A stretch of DNA of 64,000 nucleotides from an uncultured Verrucomicrobiae bacterium (GTDB taxonomy: Bacteria > Verrucomicrobiota > Verrucomicrobiia > Chthoniobacterales > JAFAMB01). The stretch is taken from the NCBI GenBank assembly GCA_963813025.1, contig CAWEXO010000013.1, forward strand, positions 32,001 through 96,000. Direction: 5' to 3'. Of the stretch, positions 43,073 to 54,870 are shown piece after piece; positions within the stretch are counted from its first letter, which is position 1; every line of letters begins with the position of its first letter. The position numbers were made by a program, and so were the translations under genes. Below the pieces are notes generated by a model. That model worked only from the letters and a program-made list of their open reading frames with translations, did no database searches and was not told the DNA's origin.

Positions 43073-43836
43073 AGCGTCTCGCTCCTGTACTGTGGCCGCT
43101 CGCGACCTTTGCGGCCGGGCTCCTGATCTGGAATTTCGCCGTCGTTTTCTCTGGAAGCGATATTTTCCCGCGTCCCTACCAGGTGGCGCTCGGAATCGTT
43201 GAACTCTGCCGCCAAGGAGTACTCCTGAACTATGTTGTTGCCTCGCTCTTTCGCGTGACCATCGGTTTCACATTTGCCATTATCGTCGGTGTGCCGCTCG
43301 GGCTGATCCTCGGTTGGTTTCGACCGGCGTTCCTGGCGCTCAATCCTCTTATCCAGATGCTCCGGCCGATCTCCCCGATTGCCTGGATTCCGCTGGCGAT
43401 CCTTTGGTTCCATGTCGACGATCGCGCGCCGATTTTCCTCATTTTTCTGGCCAGTGTATTTCCGATAACCGTTTCGGCCTTGGCCGCGGTGCAGAACATT
43501 CAACCAGTTTACGTGCGCGCCGCGCAAAACTTTGGTCTGACTGGCATCGATCTGTTTCGCCGGGTGGTGTTTCCGGCTTGCTTGCCGCAGATTCTGACGG
43601 GGTTGCGGATCGCCCTGGGCATAGCCTGGCTGGTCGTGGTTGCTGCCGAAATGATCGCAGTCAACTCCGGGCTAGGTTACCTGATCATCGATGCGCGCAA
43701 TGCAGGTAAGCGTTACGACTTGGTAGTGGCCGGCATGCTGATGATCGGGCTCATCGGACTTTGCCTCGACTTATTGATCCGCCGCCTGGAACGGTTTGAC
43801 GAAGTAAAGTGGGGTTATTCGACGCCGAACGCATGA
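43069..43836 (+). CDS. NitT/TauT-type ABC permease
   Basis: LRPISPIAWIPLAILWF, VAAEMIAVNSGLGYLI. Confidence 0.92.
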   Translation: MKRLAPVLWPLATFAAGLLIWNFAVVFSGSDIFPRPYQVALGIVELCRQGVLLNYVVASLFRVTIGFTFAIIVGVPLGLILGWFRPAFLALNPLIQMLRPISPIAWIPLAILWFHVDDRAPIFLIFLASVFPITVSALAAVQNIQPVYVRAAQNFGLTGIDLFRRVVFPACLPQILTGLRIALGIAWLVVVAAEMIAVNSGLGYLIIDARNAGKRYDLVVAGMLMIGLIGLCLDLLIRRLERFDEVKWGYSTPNA

Positions 43837-44600
43837 GTGAGCCGGTTATTCGTGTTCGCGATCTTTGGATGAGCTTTCCCGGAAAAACGGGAGAGGCGGC
43901 GATCGAGGTTCTTATCAGAATCGATCTGCAGGTTTATGCCGGCGAGTTTGTTTGCCTGGTCGGTCCGTCCGGATGTGGCAAGTCCACTTTACTCAATCTG
44001 GTCGCAGGCTTTCTCCAACCCACTCGCGGAACCGTCACCATTCAAGGAAAACCGGTTTTGGGGCCAGATCCTCAACGCATTTTTGTTTTTCAAGAGAACG
44101 GCGTGTTTCCGTGGTTGACGGTGCAGGATAATATTGGCTTTGGCATTCGGGGCAAGTCGGGCGAAGAGAAGCGGGCGATTAGTGCTCATTACATCGAGAT
44201 GGTCGGTCTGACCGGATTTGAGAAAACCTATCCGCGCGAGTTGTCCGGAGGCATGCGGCAACGGGTCGAGATTGCGCGCGCGCTGGCCGCGGGTCCGGAG
44301 ATCATTTACATGGACGAACCGTTCGGCGCGCTCGACTTCATGACCCGGCTGAAAATGCGGGCTGACCTGTTGCGAATCTGGCACGAAGAACAAAAATCCA
44401 TCTTGTTTGTCACGCACGACGTGGAAGAAGCTGTTCAGCTGGCCGACCGGATTGTCGTAATGAGCAGCCGGCCTGCTGTGATCACCCAGCAGGTTGAAAT
44501 CCAGCTGGAGAGGCCGCGAGATCTGGATTCGCCAGCTTACATCGAGACGCGCGACCATATTTTCGCCTTGTTGGGAATGAGTTTGAAGGTCGGCGTTTAG
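43833..44600 (+). CDS. NitT/TauT-type ABC ATPase
   Basis: GPSGCGKST, LSGGMRQR, MDEPFGALD, VTHD. Confidence 0.93.
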   Translation: MSEPVIRVRDLWMSFPGKTGEAAIEVLIRIDLQVYAGEFVCLVGPSGCGKSTLLNLVAGFLQPTRGTVTIQGKPVLGPDPQRIFVFQENGVFPWLTVQDNIGFGIRGKSGEEKRAISAHYIEMVGLTGFEKTYPRELSGGMRQRVEIARALAAGPEIIYMDEPFGALDFMTRLKMRADLLRIWHEEQKSILFVTHDVEEAVQLADRIVVMSSRPAVITQQVEIQLERPRDLDSPAYIETRDHIFALLGMSLKVGV

Positions 44601-44620
44601 ACGGCGTCTTTCTTTGTCCT

Positions 44621-45027
44621 GCGGACGGCCTCGTCCGTATCCCGGGAGGTGACGCACGAGGCCGTGCGTCCTACCCGAGGGCAAAATCGTCGCGGTATGA
44701 GCTGAACAGTTGAGGTTCACCCACAGAATAACATTCCAAAAAGAGACTCCGAACATTTCTGGATAAGCCGGTGTTTTTTTCATTAATTAACGCTCCGGGC
44801 CGGATTAAAGCGCTGGAATCTTCCGCTCTTATGAGGGCGGGACAACAGAGGGGAACGGTTTTCCCGGGGTTAGAAACCCCGGGCTGAGTCCTGATGTCCC
44901 CTCGGGACAAGAAACAAGGTCCGACGGACCTAAAAATGCCGGTGTCACGGGGGAAAGTGGTACGCCCTTCCAGCCTCTGACTGGAGTTTGCGCCGATACT
45001 TTGGTTGCGGCTACGCCGTGCTGTGCA
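44621..45027. repeat. Intergenic cluster of short repeats and hairpins shared with 47481-47592
   Basis: 44621-44644 is the exact reverse complement of 47481-47504; tggttgcggctacgccg at 45002 and 47569; hairpin cccggggtt-aga-aaccccggg at 44863-44883. Confidence 0.7.
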
Positions 45028-45138
45028 CTTCCGAGACTTGCTCAACGGCCTACAAGGCGATCGATGAACTGGCCCAGCTGCGGATTGCTGGTTTTGCTTG
45101 CGCTTCCTGCGTTCCTAGGGCTGGTTCCTCCGCCTCCG

Positions 45139-46182
45139 GTGAAAGAACTTACCCAACAGCTTCTGGCGAAAATTGATTTGGATGCCGCACAGGTGCGCAC
45201 CTGTGCAGTGGAATTGGCGGATCCCAGTTTTCCCGAGGCTGATAAAGCGGAATTCCTGGTCGCATTAAAGGCAAAGGGAGAGACGGGCGAAGAACTTGGC
45301 GCCTTTGCCGATGCATTTATCGAACTCGCCATCCGGCCCGAGACCAAGGTTATCGACAAACCTGGGATGGATCTCTGTGGGACTGGGGGCGATCGGCAGG
45401 ACCTGGTCAACGTTTCGACGGCTGCCATGTTTCCAGTCGCAGCCGCCGGAGTCACCGTTTTGAAGCACGGGAACAAATCGATTACATCAAAGGCAGGGGG
45501 CGCAGACGTTCTCGAAGCGCTCGGCATTCCGGTGACCTGTTCACCGGATTTGATGCAGGAATGCTTGGCGGAAACCGGATTAGCGTTTTTTTTTGCGCCG
45601 CTTTACCATCCTGCTTTTCGGGTGATCGCCCCGATCCGTAAGAAACTAGCCGAGCAAGGGGTCGCCACAATTTTCAATTTGCTCGGGCCCTTACTGAATC
45701 CAATGCGCCCGGCGTTTCAGCTAGTGGGTATTTTCGCGCCGACAATTCTCGAAAAATACGCCGTAGCGCTGGGCCAGCTCGGACGCGAACGGGCTTGGGT
45801 GGTGCACGGCCTGGTGCCGGGTGGTTCGGGAATGGATGAAATATCGCCTTTGGGCGAAACCCTGGCCTACGAAGTAAAGAAGCGATCTCTAAATCCGTTC
45901 AGCCTTTTTGCCGAAGAGCTGGGGATTGAGAAACCGAGTCTGTACGAGTTGAGAGGAGGCAACCCCGCGCAGAACGCCCGGATTCTAACGGATATCCTAC
46001 TCGGACGTGATCGCAGTGCGCGGCGCGATTTTGTCTTGTTGAATTCAGCCGCCGCTTTCGTCATTGCGGGAGTGGCGCCCAAGATGAGGGCCGGCATGGA
46101 TCTTGCCGCTGAAGTAGTCGATTCGGGCGCAGCGTACGAAAAACTGCGGGCGTTCCAGGAGTTTTTCGCGAAGGGACGGTAA
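45139..46182 (+). CDS. trpD: Anthranilate phosphoribosyltransferase
   Basis: DLCGTGGD, NVST, KHGN.S.TSK.G.ADVLE, FN.LGPL.NP, MDEIS. Confidence 0.95.
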   Translation: MKELTQQLLAKIDLDAAQVRTCAVELADPSFPEADKAEFLVALKAKGETGEELGAFADAFIELAIRPETKVIDKPGMDLCGTGGDRQDLVNVSTAAMFPVAAAGVTVLKHGNKSITSKAGGADVLEALGIPVTCSPDLMQECLAETGLAFFFAPLYHPAFRVIAPIRKKLAEQGVATIFNLLGPLLNPMRPAFQLVGIFAPTILEKYAVALGQLGRERAWVVHGLVPGGSGMDEISPLGETLAYEVKKRSLNPFSLFAEELGIEKPSLYELRGGNPAQNARILTDILLGRDRSARRDFVLLNSAAAFVIAGVAPKMRAGMDLAAEVVDSGAAYEKLRAFQEFFAKGR

Positions 46183-46257
46183 GAAGGGCCGACAGTACGA
46201 AAAGACTTGTCACCACCCTAGTCCACAACCACACGTTAAACGGCAACTCTTGATCTT

Positions 46258-47241
46258 ATGAACTATCGTCGTCTTGGAAAAACAAACTTTGAAGTTTCCG
46301 AAGTGAGTCTGGGTACATGGCAGCTCGGTGAAGGGTGGGGCCGTGTATCCGAACAAGATGCAGCTGGCCTTCTGCGAGCGGCAATTGACCGCGGAATTAA
46401 TTTTTTTGACACTGCTGATGTGTATGGCGACGGACGCAGTGAACGGTTGATCGCGCAAGTGTTAGGCAAACGCAGTGAAAAGATTTACGTCGCAACCAAA
46501 GCTGGGCGACGTCTTCAGCCGCATACCGCGGACGGGTACAACCGCGAGAACCTCTCCGCATTCGTCGAGCGTAGCTTAATGAACTTGGAGCGCGACGCGT
46601 TGGACCTTCTCCAGTTGCATTGCCCTCCTACTGAAGTTTACTATCGCCCGGAAGTTTTTGATGCGCTCGAGGAGTTGAAACGGGCCGGGAAGATTCTCCA
46701 TTACGGCGTTAGCGTCGAGAAGGTTGAGGAAGCCATCAAGGCGACTGAGTATCCCGGGGTTGCGACTGTCCAAATCATTTTCAATATCTTTCGCCAACGA
46801 CCTAAAGAACTTTTTTTCCCTTTGGCGCAGAAGCGGGATGTGGGAATTTTAGTCCGTCTTCCACTCGCAAGTGGTCTGCTCGGTGGTAAAATTACCAGGG
46901 AAACTCAGTTCACTGCCGACGACCATCGCAGCTACAACCGCTCCGGGGAACGATTCGATCGCGGAGAGACGTTTTCTGGATTAGACCTCGATGTTGCCTT
47001 GGACGCGGTCGAGCAGCTCCGGCAGATTATCCCTACGGATGACAGTATGGCAGCCTTTTCAATGCGCTGGATTCTTCAGCACCCGGAGGTGAGCTGTGTT
47101 ATTCCCGGTGCTCGGAGGGAATCCCAAGCCATTGAAAACGTTAAGGCGTCCGAGTTGCCTCCGTTAAGCGCCGAGCAGATGGAAGCACTGACAAAGATCT
47201 ATCAAGAACGGATCCGTCCGTTCGTACATCAGCGTTGGTAA
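46258..47241 (+). CDS. Aldo/keto reductase
   Basis: LGTWQLG, FFDTADVYG.GRSE, ATK, DLLQLH, PLASG.L, IPGA. Confidence 0.93.
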   Translation: MNYRRLGKTNFEVSEVSLGTWQLGEGWGRVSEQDAAGLLRAAIDRGINFFDTADVYGDGRSERLIAQVLGKRSEKIYVATKAGRRLQPHTADGYNRENLSAFVERSLMNLERDALDLLQLHCPPTEVYYRPEVFDALEELKRAGKILHYGVSVEKVEEAIKATEYPGVATVQIIFNIFRQRPKELFFPLAQKRDVGILVRLPLASGLLGGKITRETQFTADDHRSYNRSGERFDRGETFSGLDLDVALDAVEQLRQIIPTDDSMAAFSMRWILQHPEVSCVIPGARRESQAIENVKASELPPLSAEQMEALTKIYQERIRPFVHQRW

Positions 47242-47251
47242 CGAATCGAGG

Positions 47252-47468
47252 TGAAGTCTTCGAAAACGGCGGACAGGTAAGTTGCCTACGGTAAGTGCCT
47301 CGGCTCAGCTGCACCGCCGAGCGCTCGCCTCGCTCCAATAAGTCCACCGCGTTGCGCTTGAACTCTTCAACATAATAGCGCCTCCGGCGCCTGGATTGAC
47401 TTGGCTGTTGTTCTTCGTTCACCTCAGGTTCCTAGCTTAGCACCTGTCCGCAAAATTGAAGAGGCCCC
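47252..47468 (-). mobile_element. Miniature IS3-family remnant
   Basis: OrfA-like start RRRYYVEEFKRNAVDL...SAVQLSR; imperfect IRs sharing gcggacaggt (47269-47278 / 47442-47451); TG at the left end. Confidence 0.65.
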
Positions 47469-47642
47469 CTGCGCGCCTCGCGGGATACGGACGAGGCCGT
47501 CCGCGCTACGCGAGTGCGCTCGCGTGAACCTTTTTGGCAGCCGAATTTGTCGAGCAGCGAGGACGATGTGGTTGCGGCTACGCCGCTGTGCCGGCTTCTG
47601 TTGAAAAGGTTCTGGCAACCATCCAAATCCATTCTGCTCCGC

Positions 47643-48467
47643 TCAGGCTCCCTTCACCACGGCCGGCTTCGGGAGATGCTCGATACAGTATTCATGTCCG
47701 TCGCCGGCGACACGAAACTCCAGATCCGGCGCGTCGTGCTCGGTGCGATGGCAGGCCGCGCAACGATGCAATGGTTCGTCTTCGGGCAGCGATTTCGCCG
47801 CGAACTGTACCTTCCGGCGCTGACGCTCAGAGCGATTACGCGCATGGTTGAAAGCTGATGGTCCAAAGAACAGCAGATAATTCAGCAGGCAGACAATGAT
47901 GGCCGCTTTGGTGACCAGCGGGCTCAGGAACAACGTAAAGAGTAGCGGAGCGAAACTCAGCAGGGCCACCCATTTTACCCGGAGCGGGATGATGAAGAGG
48001 ACGTAGATCTGGACGTCGGGAAACAGAGTCGCGAAGGCGTAGAATAGGGAGATATTGATAAAGAAAGGAGTAGTCGCACTGGTGCCTAGGCCGCTACCGA
48101 GAAAAAAGGCCGCGACCGTGACTCCGAACATTCCCAAAAAGTAGTAGAGGGTGAGCCGAAACGCTCCCCAGGCTTGTTCCAGCGTGTCGCCTATCCAGAC
48201 GAGGAACCAGAGGTAGAGCACGAGGAACAAGACTTGCATCCCGCCGGGGGCAAACTGAAAAATGACTTCCGGGATGAAAATATACGAGACCAAGCGCCAG
48301 ATCTGGCCTTGGAGAACCAGCGATGGTTGCAGGGTCAGCAACTGAACGAAGTCCGGCCGGAGAAGATGGAGCACGTAAACCAAGCCGGTCAGCAGCGCGA
48401 TCATCTGGATCAAGCGCGGAATCGCAAGAAATCCCAAGCGCGCTTCCAGCCAATCGATCCAAGACAT
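47643..48467 (-). CDS. Conserved multi-pass membrane protein (rhomboid-like fold) with C-terminal CxxC...YC.EH zinc-ribbon-like tail
   Basis: GQIWRLVSYIF, LEQAWG, P.RVKW; HRCAACHRTE...EYCIEH. Confidence 0.7.
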   Translation of the reverse strand: MSWIDWLEARLGFLAIPRLIQMIALLTGLVYVLHLLRPDFVQLLTLQPSLVLQGQIWRLVSYIFIPEVIFQFAPGGMQVLFLVLYLWFLVWIGDTLEQAWGAFRLTLYYFLGMFGVTVAAFFLGSGLGTSATTPFFINISLFYAFATLFPDVQIYVLFIIPLRVKWVALLSFAPLLFTLFLSPLVTKAAIIVCLLNYLLFFGPSAFNHARNRSERQRRKVQFAAKSLPEDEPLHRCAACHRTEHDAPDLEFRVAGDGHEYCIEHLPKPAVVKGA

Positions 48468-48565
48468 ACGAGAAATCATTGAAATAGCCAAGAAGGCCGA
48501 AAACTCAGCAATTGCAACCTCTGAGATTATTGCACGAGAACGGTACCCTCAGCATCGCGGACAGG

Positions 48566-48946
48566 CTATCCCTCGGTCTGCGCTCGGTAACTCTCAGAAT
48601 CCTTCAGGTTCTGCAGATCTTCGGGAGCCGAGAGCCTTAGCCGAAAGAGCCAGCCTGCGCCATAAGGGTCAGTATTAACCAACCCCGGATTGTTCTCCAG
48701 AGCGCTGTTGGTTTCCGTAACTTCTCCGGTTACCGGCGAATAGATGTCGCTGGCTGCCTTCACCGATTCGACAACGGCTGCCGGCTTTTTTGGCTCTAGT
48801 TTAGCGCCAATCTGCGGTAGTTCCACGTAAACGATGTCCGTCAATTCGGCCTGAGCATGGTCGGTAATGCCGATCGTCCCCGAATCGCCTTCAACGCGAA
48901 TCCATTCGTGTGTTTCCGAGTACTTCAAATCGTCCGGCACTAGCAT
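48566..48946 (-). CDS. gcvH: Glycine cleavage system H protein
   Basis: HEW, GITDHAQ, VESVKAASDIYSP lipoyl-lysine motif. Confidence 0.97.
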   Translation of the reverse strand: MLVPDDLKYSETHEWIRVEGDSGTIGITDHAQAELTDIVYVELPQIGAKLEPKKPAAVVESVKAASDIYSPVTGEVTETNSALENNPGLVNTDPYGAGWLFRLRLSAPEDLQNLKDSESYRAQTEG

Positions 48947-50019
48947 GATCTGCTGTATAGCGGTTTTTTCTCGACAGTCGCGGCAAATTTGCGACCGCGA
49001 ATGTCAATCTGAATTTCCTGACCCGGTTGGCTGTGAGCTGAATCGACGTAACCTAGGCCGATCCCGGCGCCAAGGCTGGGGGATTGAGTGCCACTGGTAA
49101 GTTCGCCAATCTGCTTGGCATCCGCAAAAATGGGATAATGCGGCCGCGGGGGCGGCCCCTTCTCCTGCAGCTTAATCGCGACAAGCTTTTGCCGAAGCCC
49201 AGCGGTTTTCTGGGAGAGGAGGGATTCGCGCCCGGTAAAATCGCCCTTTTTGAAATCAACAAAAAAGCCGAGACCCGCCTCGAGCGGTGTCCGTTCCGGT
49301 GAAAGATCGTTTCCGTTCAAAGGATAACAGACTTCCATCCGCAGCGTGTCTCTGGCGCCCAAGCCGGAAGGTTGAATACCGACCGATTGGCCAGCTTCCA
49401 GCATCTTGCGCCAGAGGACGGGGCCGACTGCGGCCGGGCAAAAGAGCTCAAAACCGTCTTCGCCGGTGTAACCGGTTCGCGCGACGATGACCAAGACGCC
49501 ATCGATCTCCAGCTCGGAACAGTGATTCCGCCTGGGAAGAGAACCGAAGTTGGCAAACACCGCGTGTGCGGCTGGTCCCTGGACAGCCATGGCGGCAAAG
49601 TCGGCGCTCTGGTCGCTCAGCGTGATTCCGGCAGTGCGGCGCGCGTCGAGCCAGGCATAGTCCTCCCCGGTTTTCGCCGCATTCACCACGAGAAAAAAAC
49701 GTTCGGACGCGAGCCGATACGCGATCAGGTCGTCGGTCACTCCGCCGTTTTCATTCAGGAGGAGAGTGTATTGGCATTCATGCGGGCGGATTTTGCTGAT
49801 GTCGTTGGTCAATAACCCGTTTAACCAGGAAACAGCGTTTTGCCCGGAGACCTCGATCTCTCCCATGTGCGAGATATCAAAGATGCCGGCAGCGGTACGA
49901 ACAGCGAGATGTTCGCTGACAATGCTCGAGTAAAAAACCGGCATCTGCCAGCCGGCGAACTCGATCAGCTTGGCTCCAAGGCGGAGGTGCTCGTCATGAA
50001 GAGGACTGGTCTTAAGCAT
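48940..50019 (-). CDS. gcvT: Glycine cleavage system T protein
   Basis: FAGWQMP, FDISHMG, ARTGYTGEDGFE, GLGARDTLR.E. Confidence 0.97.
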   Translation of the reverse strand: MLKTSPLHDEHLRLGAKLIEFAGWQMPVFYSSIVSEHLAVRTAAGIFDISHMGEIEVSGQNAVSWLNGLLTNDISKIRPHECQYTLLLNENGGVTDDLIAYRLASERFFLVVNAAKTGEDYAWLDARRTAGITLSDQSADFAAMAVQGPAAHAVFANFGSLPRRNHCSELEIDGVLVIVARTGYTGEDGFELFCPAAVGPVLWRKMLEAGQSVGIQPSGLGARDTLRMEVCYPLNGNDLSPERTPLEAGLGFFVDFKKGDFTGRESLLSQKTAGLRQKLVAIKLQEKGPPPRPHYPIFADAKQIGELTSGTQSPSLGAGIGLGYVDSAHSQPGQEIQIDIRGRKFAATVEKKPLYSRSC

Positions 50020-50251
50020 CGCGAACAACCGTAACACGCACGGCCGCGTGCGTCACGGGATCGAAAGATTGCACAACGTTTCTGGGTGGTCCGCATGAGC
50101 ACGGACGAGGCCGGGCTTATCGGACTTTGGAAAATCTGTAGCACGCCACCCAAGCGATTGGTCGCCCGAGCGGTTAGAGATCGTCTCAGAATGCCGCACT
50201 GTCTTGTGGGTGTAGGGCAGTATGTGAGTATGTCTCGCAACATCTCAAAAT

Positions 50252-50376
50252 CGGTAGGGCGAGAATTCATCTGAGCCTTCGGCGAAGACTCGTTCGAGCC
50301 GCGCGCTGCGGCAGGTCACGCTGAAGACGGCTCAAACAAGTTCTCGCTAAGGCTCGAATAAATTTTCGCCCTACCG
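50252..50376. repeat. REP-like family C inverted pair (50252-50301 / 50328-50376)
   Basis: cggctcaaacaagttctcgctaaggctcgaataaattttcgccctaccg and its degenerate reverse complement. Confidence 0.85.
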
Positions 50377-50555
50377 GCGCAGGACCAAAGATGCTTTGGG
50401 ACATGTCTCGAACCTTAGCTCGATTGCGCGAGTTACAGATTGGCCAAAGTCCGACAGACCCGAGGCCGTCCGCGCTACGCCGACACGCCCTTTCGCCAGC
50501 ACCCCCGAGCAGCTCAGCTCGTTGACCTCGAGGGAAAGCCGTTTCATGTTTGCCG

Positions 50556-53441
50556 ATGTCGAAGACTGCTGTCGTTGGATCGGGGGATTCTCTAAGGCTC
50601 GCATCTTTCGCCAATCGTCACATCGGGCCAAACCTGGTTGAGCGCCAAAATATGCTGAGTGAACTCGGCCTCGATTCATTGGACTCGATGATCGAGGCCG
50701 TGCTGCCCGAACAAATCCGTTTGCACCGGGCTTTGGAACTTCCGCCGGCCAAGTCAGAAGACGAAGTCTTGCGGCGCATCAGCTCGCTCGCCGGGCTGAA
50801 TCAGGTCGCTAAATCCTACATTGGCCAGGGTTACTACGGGACAGTCACTCCTCCGGTCATTCAGCGCGGCGTTCTGGAGAACCCCGGGTGGTACACTGCG
50901 TACACGCCTTACCAAGCGGAAATCGCTCAAGGGCGGCTCGAAGCGCTCTTGAATTTCCAGACAATGGTGACTGATCTGAGCGGCCTGGAAATCGCAAACG
51001 CCTCCCTGCTCGATGAGGCAACCGCCGCGGCTGAGGCGATGGCACTCTGTTTCGCGCAACGGATAGACCAGCAGAACCGCCGCATTTTTGTCTCGGAGAG
51101 TTGCCATCCGCAAACGATCGCGGTTATCCAGACGCGGGCAAAACCGTTGAACATCGAGGTAGTCGCCGGGGATCACCGGCACTGGGATTTCAGCCAGCCA
51201 GTATTCGCCGCTCTGCTGCAGTACCCGGCGTCCGAAGGTACGCTCTATAACTATCGCAAATTCGTCGACAAACTTCACGAGGCGGAAGGGCTGGCGATCG
51301 TCGCTGCCGATCTCTTGAGCCTCACGCTGGTTGTTCCTCCAGGAGAATTCGGAGCGGATGTTTGCGTGGGTTCGACCCAGCGCTTCGGTGTTCCGCTCGG
51401 ATTCGGCGGTCCGCATTCCGCGTTCTTCGCGACCCGAGATCGATTCAAGCGACACTTGCCCGGCCGCCTCGTTGGAGTCTCCCGTGACTCAGCAGGCCGA
51501 TACGCCTATCGGCTCGCGCTGCAAACCCGCGAACAGCATATTCGACGCGACAAGGCTACGAGCAATATTTGCACCGCGCAGGTGCTGCTCGCGGTGACGG
51601 CGTCGATGTATGCGGTTTACCATGGTCCAGGCGGTCTCCGCGCCATTGCAGCCGAGATTCACGACAAAACGGAGGCGCTCGCGGAGGGGCTTGTTCGGAC
51701 CGGCTATCGTGTGCTGCCCGGACCACGATTCGATACCTTGCGGATCGATCTTGGCGCGGAACGTTTCCGAATTCTGGAAGAGGCCGGAAAGCTGCTCATC
51801 AATTTCCGCGGATTTGATGACGGAACGATTGGTCTGTCGATCGACGAAACCACGAGCGCTGACGATTTGGCAGATCTTTACGAACTCTTCAACGTCGCAC
51901 CGGACGCTCTCCAGGAAGCACTTCCCCGGCGCGAGTTCGCCGAAGAGTTCGCTCGAGAAAGCCAGTATCTGACTCACCCGGTGTTTAATCGGCATCACAG
52001 TGAGACCGAGTTGATGCGGTACCTGAAACGGTTGGAAAACAAGGATCTTTCCTTGACCACTTCGATGATTCCTCTCGGGTCCTGCACGATGAAGCTCAAC
52101 GCCGCGGCCGAGATGTTGCCGATCACCTGGCCGGAGCTTGCGCAGATTCATCCGTTCGCGCCGTCCTCGCAAGTGCATGGATACTCCCTATTGATTGCGG
52201 AGCTGGAAAGCTGGCTGGCTGAGTTGACCGGCTTTGCGGCGGTAAGTCTTCAACCGAATGCCGGCTCCCAAGGAGAATACGCGGGGCTCCTGGCGATCAA
52301 GGCATATCATCAGAGCCGCGGCGAGGGCGACCGGAGGGTTTGCCTGATTCCAACCTCCGCTCACGGAACAAATCCGGCTTCGGCGGCGATGGCCGGTTTC
52401 CAGGTTGTCCCAGTCAGTTGCGATCAGGAAGGGAACATCGATTTAACGGATTTGGAGCAGAAAGCGACCGGGCACCATCAAGATCTGGCGGCGATCATGG
52501 TGACCTATCCGTCGACCCACGGAGTATTTGAAGAAAGCATCCGGGACGTTTGTGCGATCGTGCATCGGCATGGTGGTCAGGTCTACCTGGACGGGGCCAA
52601 TATGAATGCGCAGCTCGGTTTGTGCCGTCCCGCCGATATCGGCGCAGACATTTGCCATCTCAATCTCCATAAGACCTTCTGTATCCCCCACGGCGGTGGC
52701 GGTCCGGGAGTCGGTCCGGTCGGCGCCAAGGCGCATCTTGCGCCTTTTTTGCCCACTCATCCGTTGTGGGATTTTCAGCGGCCGCAGCGCATCGGACCAG
52801 TGGCGGCCGCCCCCTTTGGCAGCGCCGGGATTCTCAGTATCTCGTGGAGCTACATTAGCTTAATGGGTGGAGAGGGTCTCGTTGAGGCGACCAAGGTGGC
52901 GATTCTCAATGCCAACTATATCGCGAAGCGGCTGGCGCCATACTATCCAGTGCTCTACCGCGGGAAAAATGGATTGGTGGCGCACGAATGCATCATCGAT
53001 TTCCGGCAATTCAAAAAGTCGGCCGGGATCGAAGTAGAGGATGTCGCCAAGCGGCTGATCGATTACGGGTTTCATGCTCCGACGATGTCCTGGCCTGTTC
53101 CCGGAACGCTCATGATCGAGCCGACCGAAAGTGAGTCGAAAGAGGAATTGGACCGGTTCTGTGATGCGATGATGGCGATTTATGGTGAAATCCGCGCAAT
53201 CGCGACCGGCGAAGCCGACCGGCAGGATAACGTTTTGAAAAGAGCGCCGCACACCGCGGAAGAGTTGCTGGCGGAAAGCTGGGATCGCGCTTACTCACGA
53301 GAGAGCGCCGCCTATCCGGCGCCGTGGACCCGAGAGTACAAGTATTGGCCCCCCGTTGGACGGATTGACAATGTGTACGGCGATCGGAATCTCTTCTGCT
53401 CGTGTGTTTCGGTCGAAGGAGCGGCCGAGCTGACTGAATGA
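50556..53441 (+). CDS. gcvP: Glycine dehydrogenase (decarboxylating), P protein
   Basis: [50 protein letters not shown]. Confidence 0.98.
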   Translation: MSKTAVVGSGDSLRLASFANRHIGPNLVERQNMLSELGLDSLDSMIEAVLPEQIRLHRALELPPAKSEDEVLRRISSLAGLNQVAKSYIGQGYYGTVTPPVIQRGVLENPGWYTAYTPYQAEIAQGRLEALLNFQTMVTDLSGLEIANASLLDEATAAAEAMALCFAQRIDQQNRRIFVSESCHPQTIAVIQTRAKPLNIEVVAGDHRHWDFSQPVFAALLQYPASEGTLYNYRKFVDKLHEAEGLAIVAADLLSLTLVVPPGEFGADVCVGSTQRFGVPLGFGGPHSAFFATRDRFKRHLPGRLVGVSRDSAGRYAYRLALQTREQHIRRDKATSNICTAQVLLAVTASMYAVYHGPGGLRAIAAEIHDKTEALAEGLVRTGYRVLPGPRFDTLRIDLGAERFRILEEAGKLLINFRGFDDGTIGLSIDETTSADDLADLYELFNVAPDALQEALPRREFAEEFARESQYLTHPVFNRHHSETELMRYLKRLENKDLSLTTSMIPLGSCTMKLNAAAEMLPITWPELAQIHPFAPSSQVHGYSLLIAELESWLAELTGFAAVSLQPNAGSQGEYAGLLAIKAYHQSRGEGDRRVCLIPTSAHGTNPASAAMAGFQVVPVSCDQEGNIDLTDLEQKATGHHQDLAAIMVTYPSTHGVFEESIRDVCAIVHRHGGQVYLDGANMNAQLGLCRPADIGADICHLNLHKTFCIPHGGGGPGVGPVGAKAHLAPFLPTHPLWDFQRPQRIGPVAAAPFGSAGILSISWSYISLMGGEGLVEATKVAILNANYIAKRLAPYYPVLYRGKNGLVAHECIIDFRQFKKSAGIEVEDVAKRLIDYGFHAPTMSWPVPGTLMIEPTESESKEELDRFCDAMMAIYGEIRAIATGEADRQDNVLKRAPHTAEELLAESWDRAYSRESAAYPAPWTREYKYWPPVGRIDNVYGDRNLFCSCVSVEGAAELTE

Positions 53442-54544
53442 GAATCATCGATCGCTATATTGCCAAGCAGATCCTGACAACCGTGATCTGGGCGATTGGC
53501 GTCCTGAGCATGTTGCTCGTCGTCGGCAACGCAATGCGCGACCTGCTAACCATCTTGGTCAATCGCCAGCTGCCGTTAAGTTACGTTTTCAGTTTTATTG
53601 CTTACGCGTTGCCGTTCTCGATGACTTTCTCGATTCCTTGGGGAGTTTTGGTCTCCATTCTTTTGATCTTCGGCAAGCTTTCTTCCGATAACGAGTTAGT
53701 CGCCCTGCGCGCCAATGGTGTTAGCATCGTGCGAATTTGTTTTCCGGTCTTTGTGATCGCGGTTGCGTTCTTCGGCATTTGTCTTTGGATCAACTTGTAC
53801 CTGTCGCCGGAATCCCAGGTTAAGCTAAAACAAGCCATCTTCAATCTGGCTTCGGAAGATCCGCTTGCTCTGTTCGGCAGCGACCAGGTAATCGACGATT
53901 TTCCTAACCGGAAAATCTATGTTGGAAAAAAGGAAGGCTCCGCGCTCAAAGATCTGCACATCTATGAACTGAATGGCTACCAAGTGCCAATCAGAGTGAT
54001 CTATGCCCGAAAGGGAACGCTCGAAGTTGACAAAGAAAACGAACGCATCCTGCTGCGGATCTTCGATGCCCGTTACGAGGAGCGGGATGAGCGTGATCCG
54101 GATAACCTGAAAAAAATGCGCTATGGGATCACGATGCGAGAGGGTGTCCTCCCAATTTCGCTGAATGATCTCATTTCAAAGGCGTCCAACAACCAGCGGC
54201 CCAACCTGCTGACGCTGGATCAACTGCGCGATGCCCTGGAACAGCAGACGGGCCGCATCGCCAGCGCGTATCGCACGGAGGTCAGTAAACGGTTCTCTAA
54301 CGCCATGGCTGTGCTGACGTTTGTCCTAGTCGGTATTCCGTTAGCGATCACCGCTCAGCGGCGCGAGACCAGTGTTGGGCTTGCCTTGAGTCTGGTCGTG
54401 GCTTTTACCTACTTTATTTTTATCGTGATCACCGACAACGTGAAAAACAATCCGCACCTTCATCCGGAGTTACTGATCTGGCTGCCCAACCTGCTCTATC
54501 TAACCCTCGGCACGACATTGTTTACTCGGCTGGCCAGGAGGTGA
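53438..54544 (+). CDS. LptF/LptG-family LPS export permease
   Basis: [20 protein letters not shown], three TM + periplasmic domain + three TM, WLPN. Confidence 0.88.
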   Translation: MRIIDRYIAKQILTTVIWAIGVLSMLLVVGNAMRDLLTILVNRQLPLSYVFSFIAYALPFSMTFSIPWGVLVSILLIFGKLSSDNELVALRANGVSIVRICFPVFVIAVAFFGICLWINLYLSPESQVKLKQAIFNLASEDPLALFGSDQVIDDFPNRKIYVGKKEGSALKDLHIYELNGYQVPIRVIYARKGTLEVDKENERILLRIFDARYEERDERDPDNLKKMRYGITMREGVLPISLNDLISKASNNQRPNLLTLDQLRDALEQQTGRIASAYRTEVSKRFSNAMAVLTFVLVGIPLAITAQRRETSVGLALSLVVAFTYFIFIVITDNVKNNPHLHPELLIWLPNLLYLTLGTTLFTRLARR

Positions 54545-54547
54545 GGA

Positions 54548-54869
54548 GTGTCAGTGCTGGTGTCAGTGTCGGTGCCTCCCGCGCAGAGCAAGCGATCGAC
54601 CGCCAGGGTTGGGACATTTGTCTCGCAATATAGTCAGCCCTGTGTCGGTGCACGAAAAATCAGTGCCCGGCTCAAACAAGTTCTCGCTAAAGCGCAAATA
54701 AATTCTCGCCCTACCGGCACAGAACCAGAGACAGGTTGCGAGACAATCTCCGAATTGTCGCTACTGGCGCGAGACGAGAGGCTACCTTGTCAGGCAGTCC
54801 CTAAATTGTCGACACGTCGATCGTTTGCTGCACGCCGCTAACACTGACACTAGCACTAACACTGACACC
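54548..54869. repeat. Intergenic element: inverted gtgtca/tgacac hexamer arrays enclosing a family C repeat (54668-54720)
   Basis: gtgtcagtgctggtgtcagtgtc ... cggctcaaacaagttctcgctaaagcgcaaataaattctcgccctaccggcac ... aacactgacactagcactaacactgacac. Confidence 0.8.
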
Positions 54870-54870
54870 C

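Noticed and set aside
50020..50555. Glycine riboswitch between gcvT and gcvP
   Set aside because: No recognisable aptamer motifs; the spacer is occupied by repeats
50267..50614. Repeated peptide RKFIRALARTCLSR in ORFs 50267-50614 and 60169-60678
   Set aside because: Translation of the family C DNA repeat, not a protein domain
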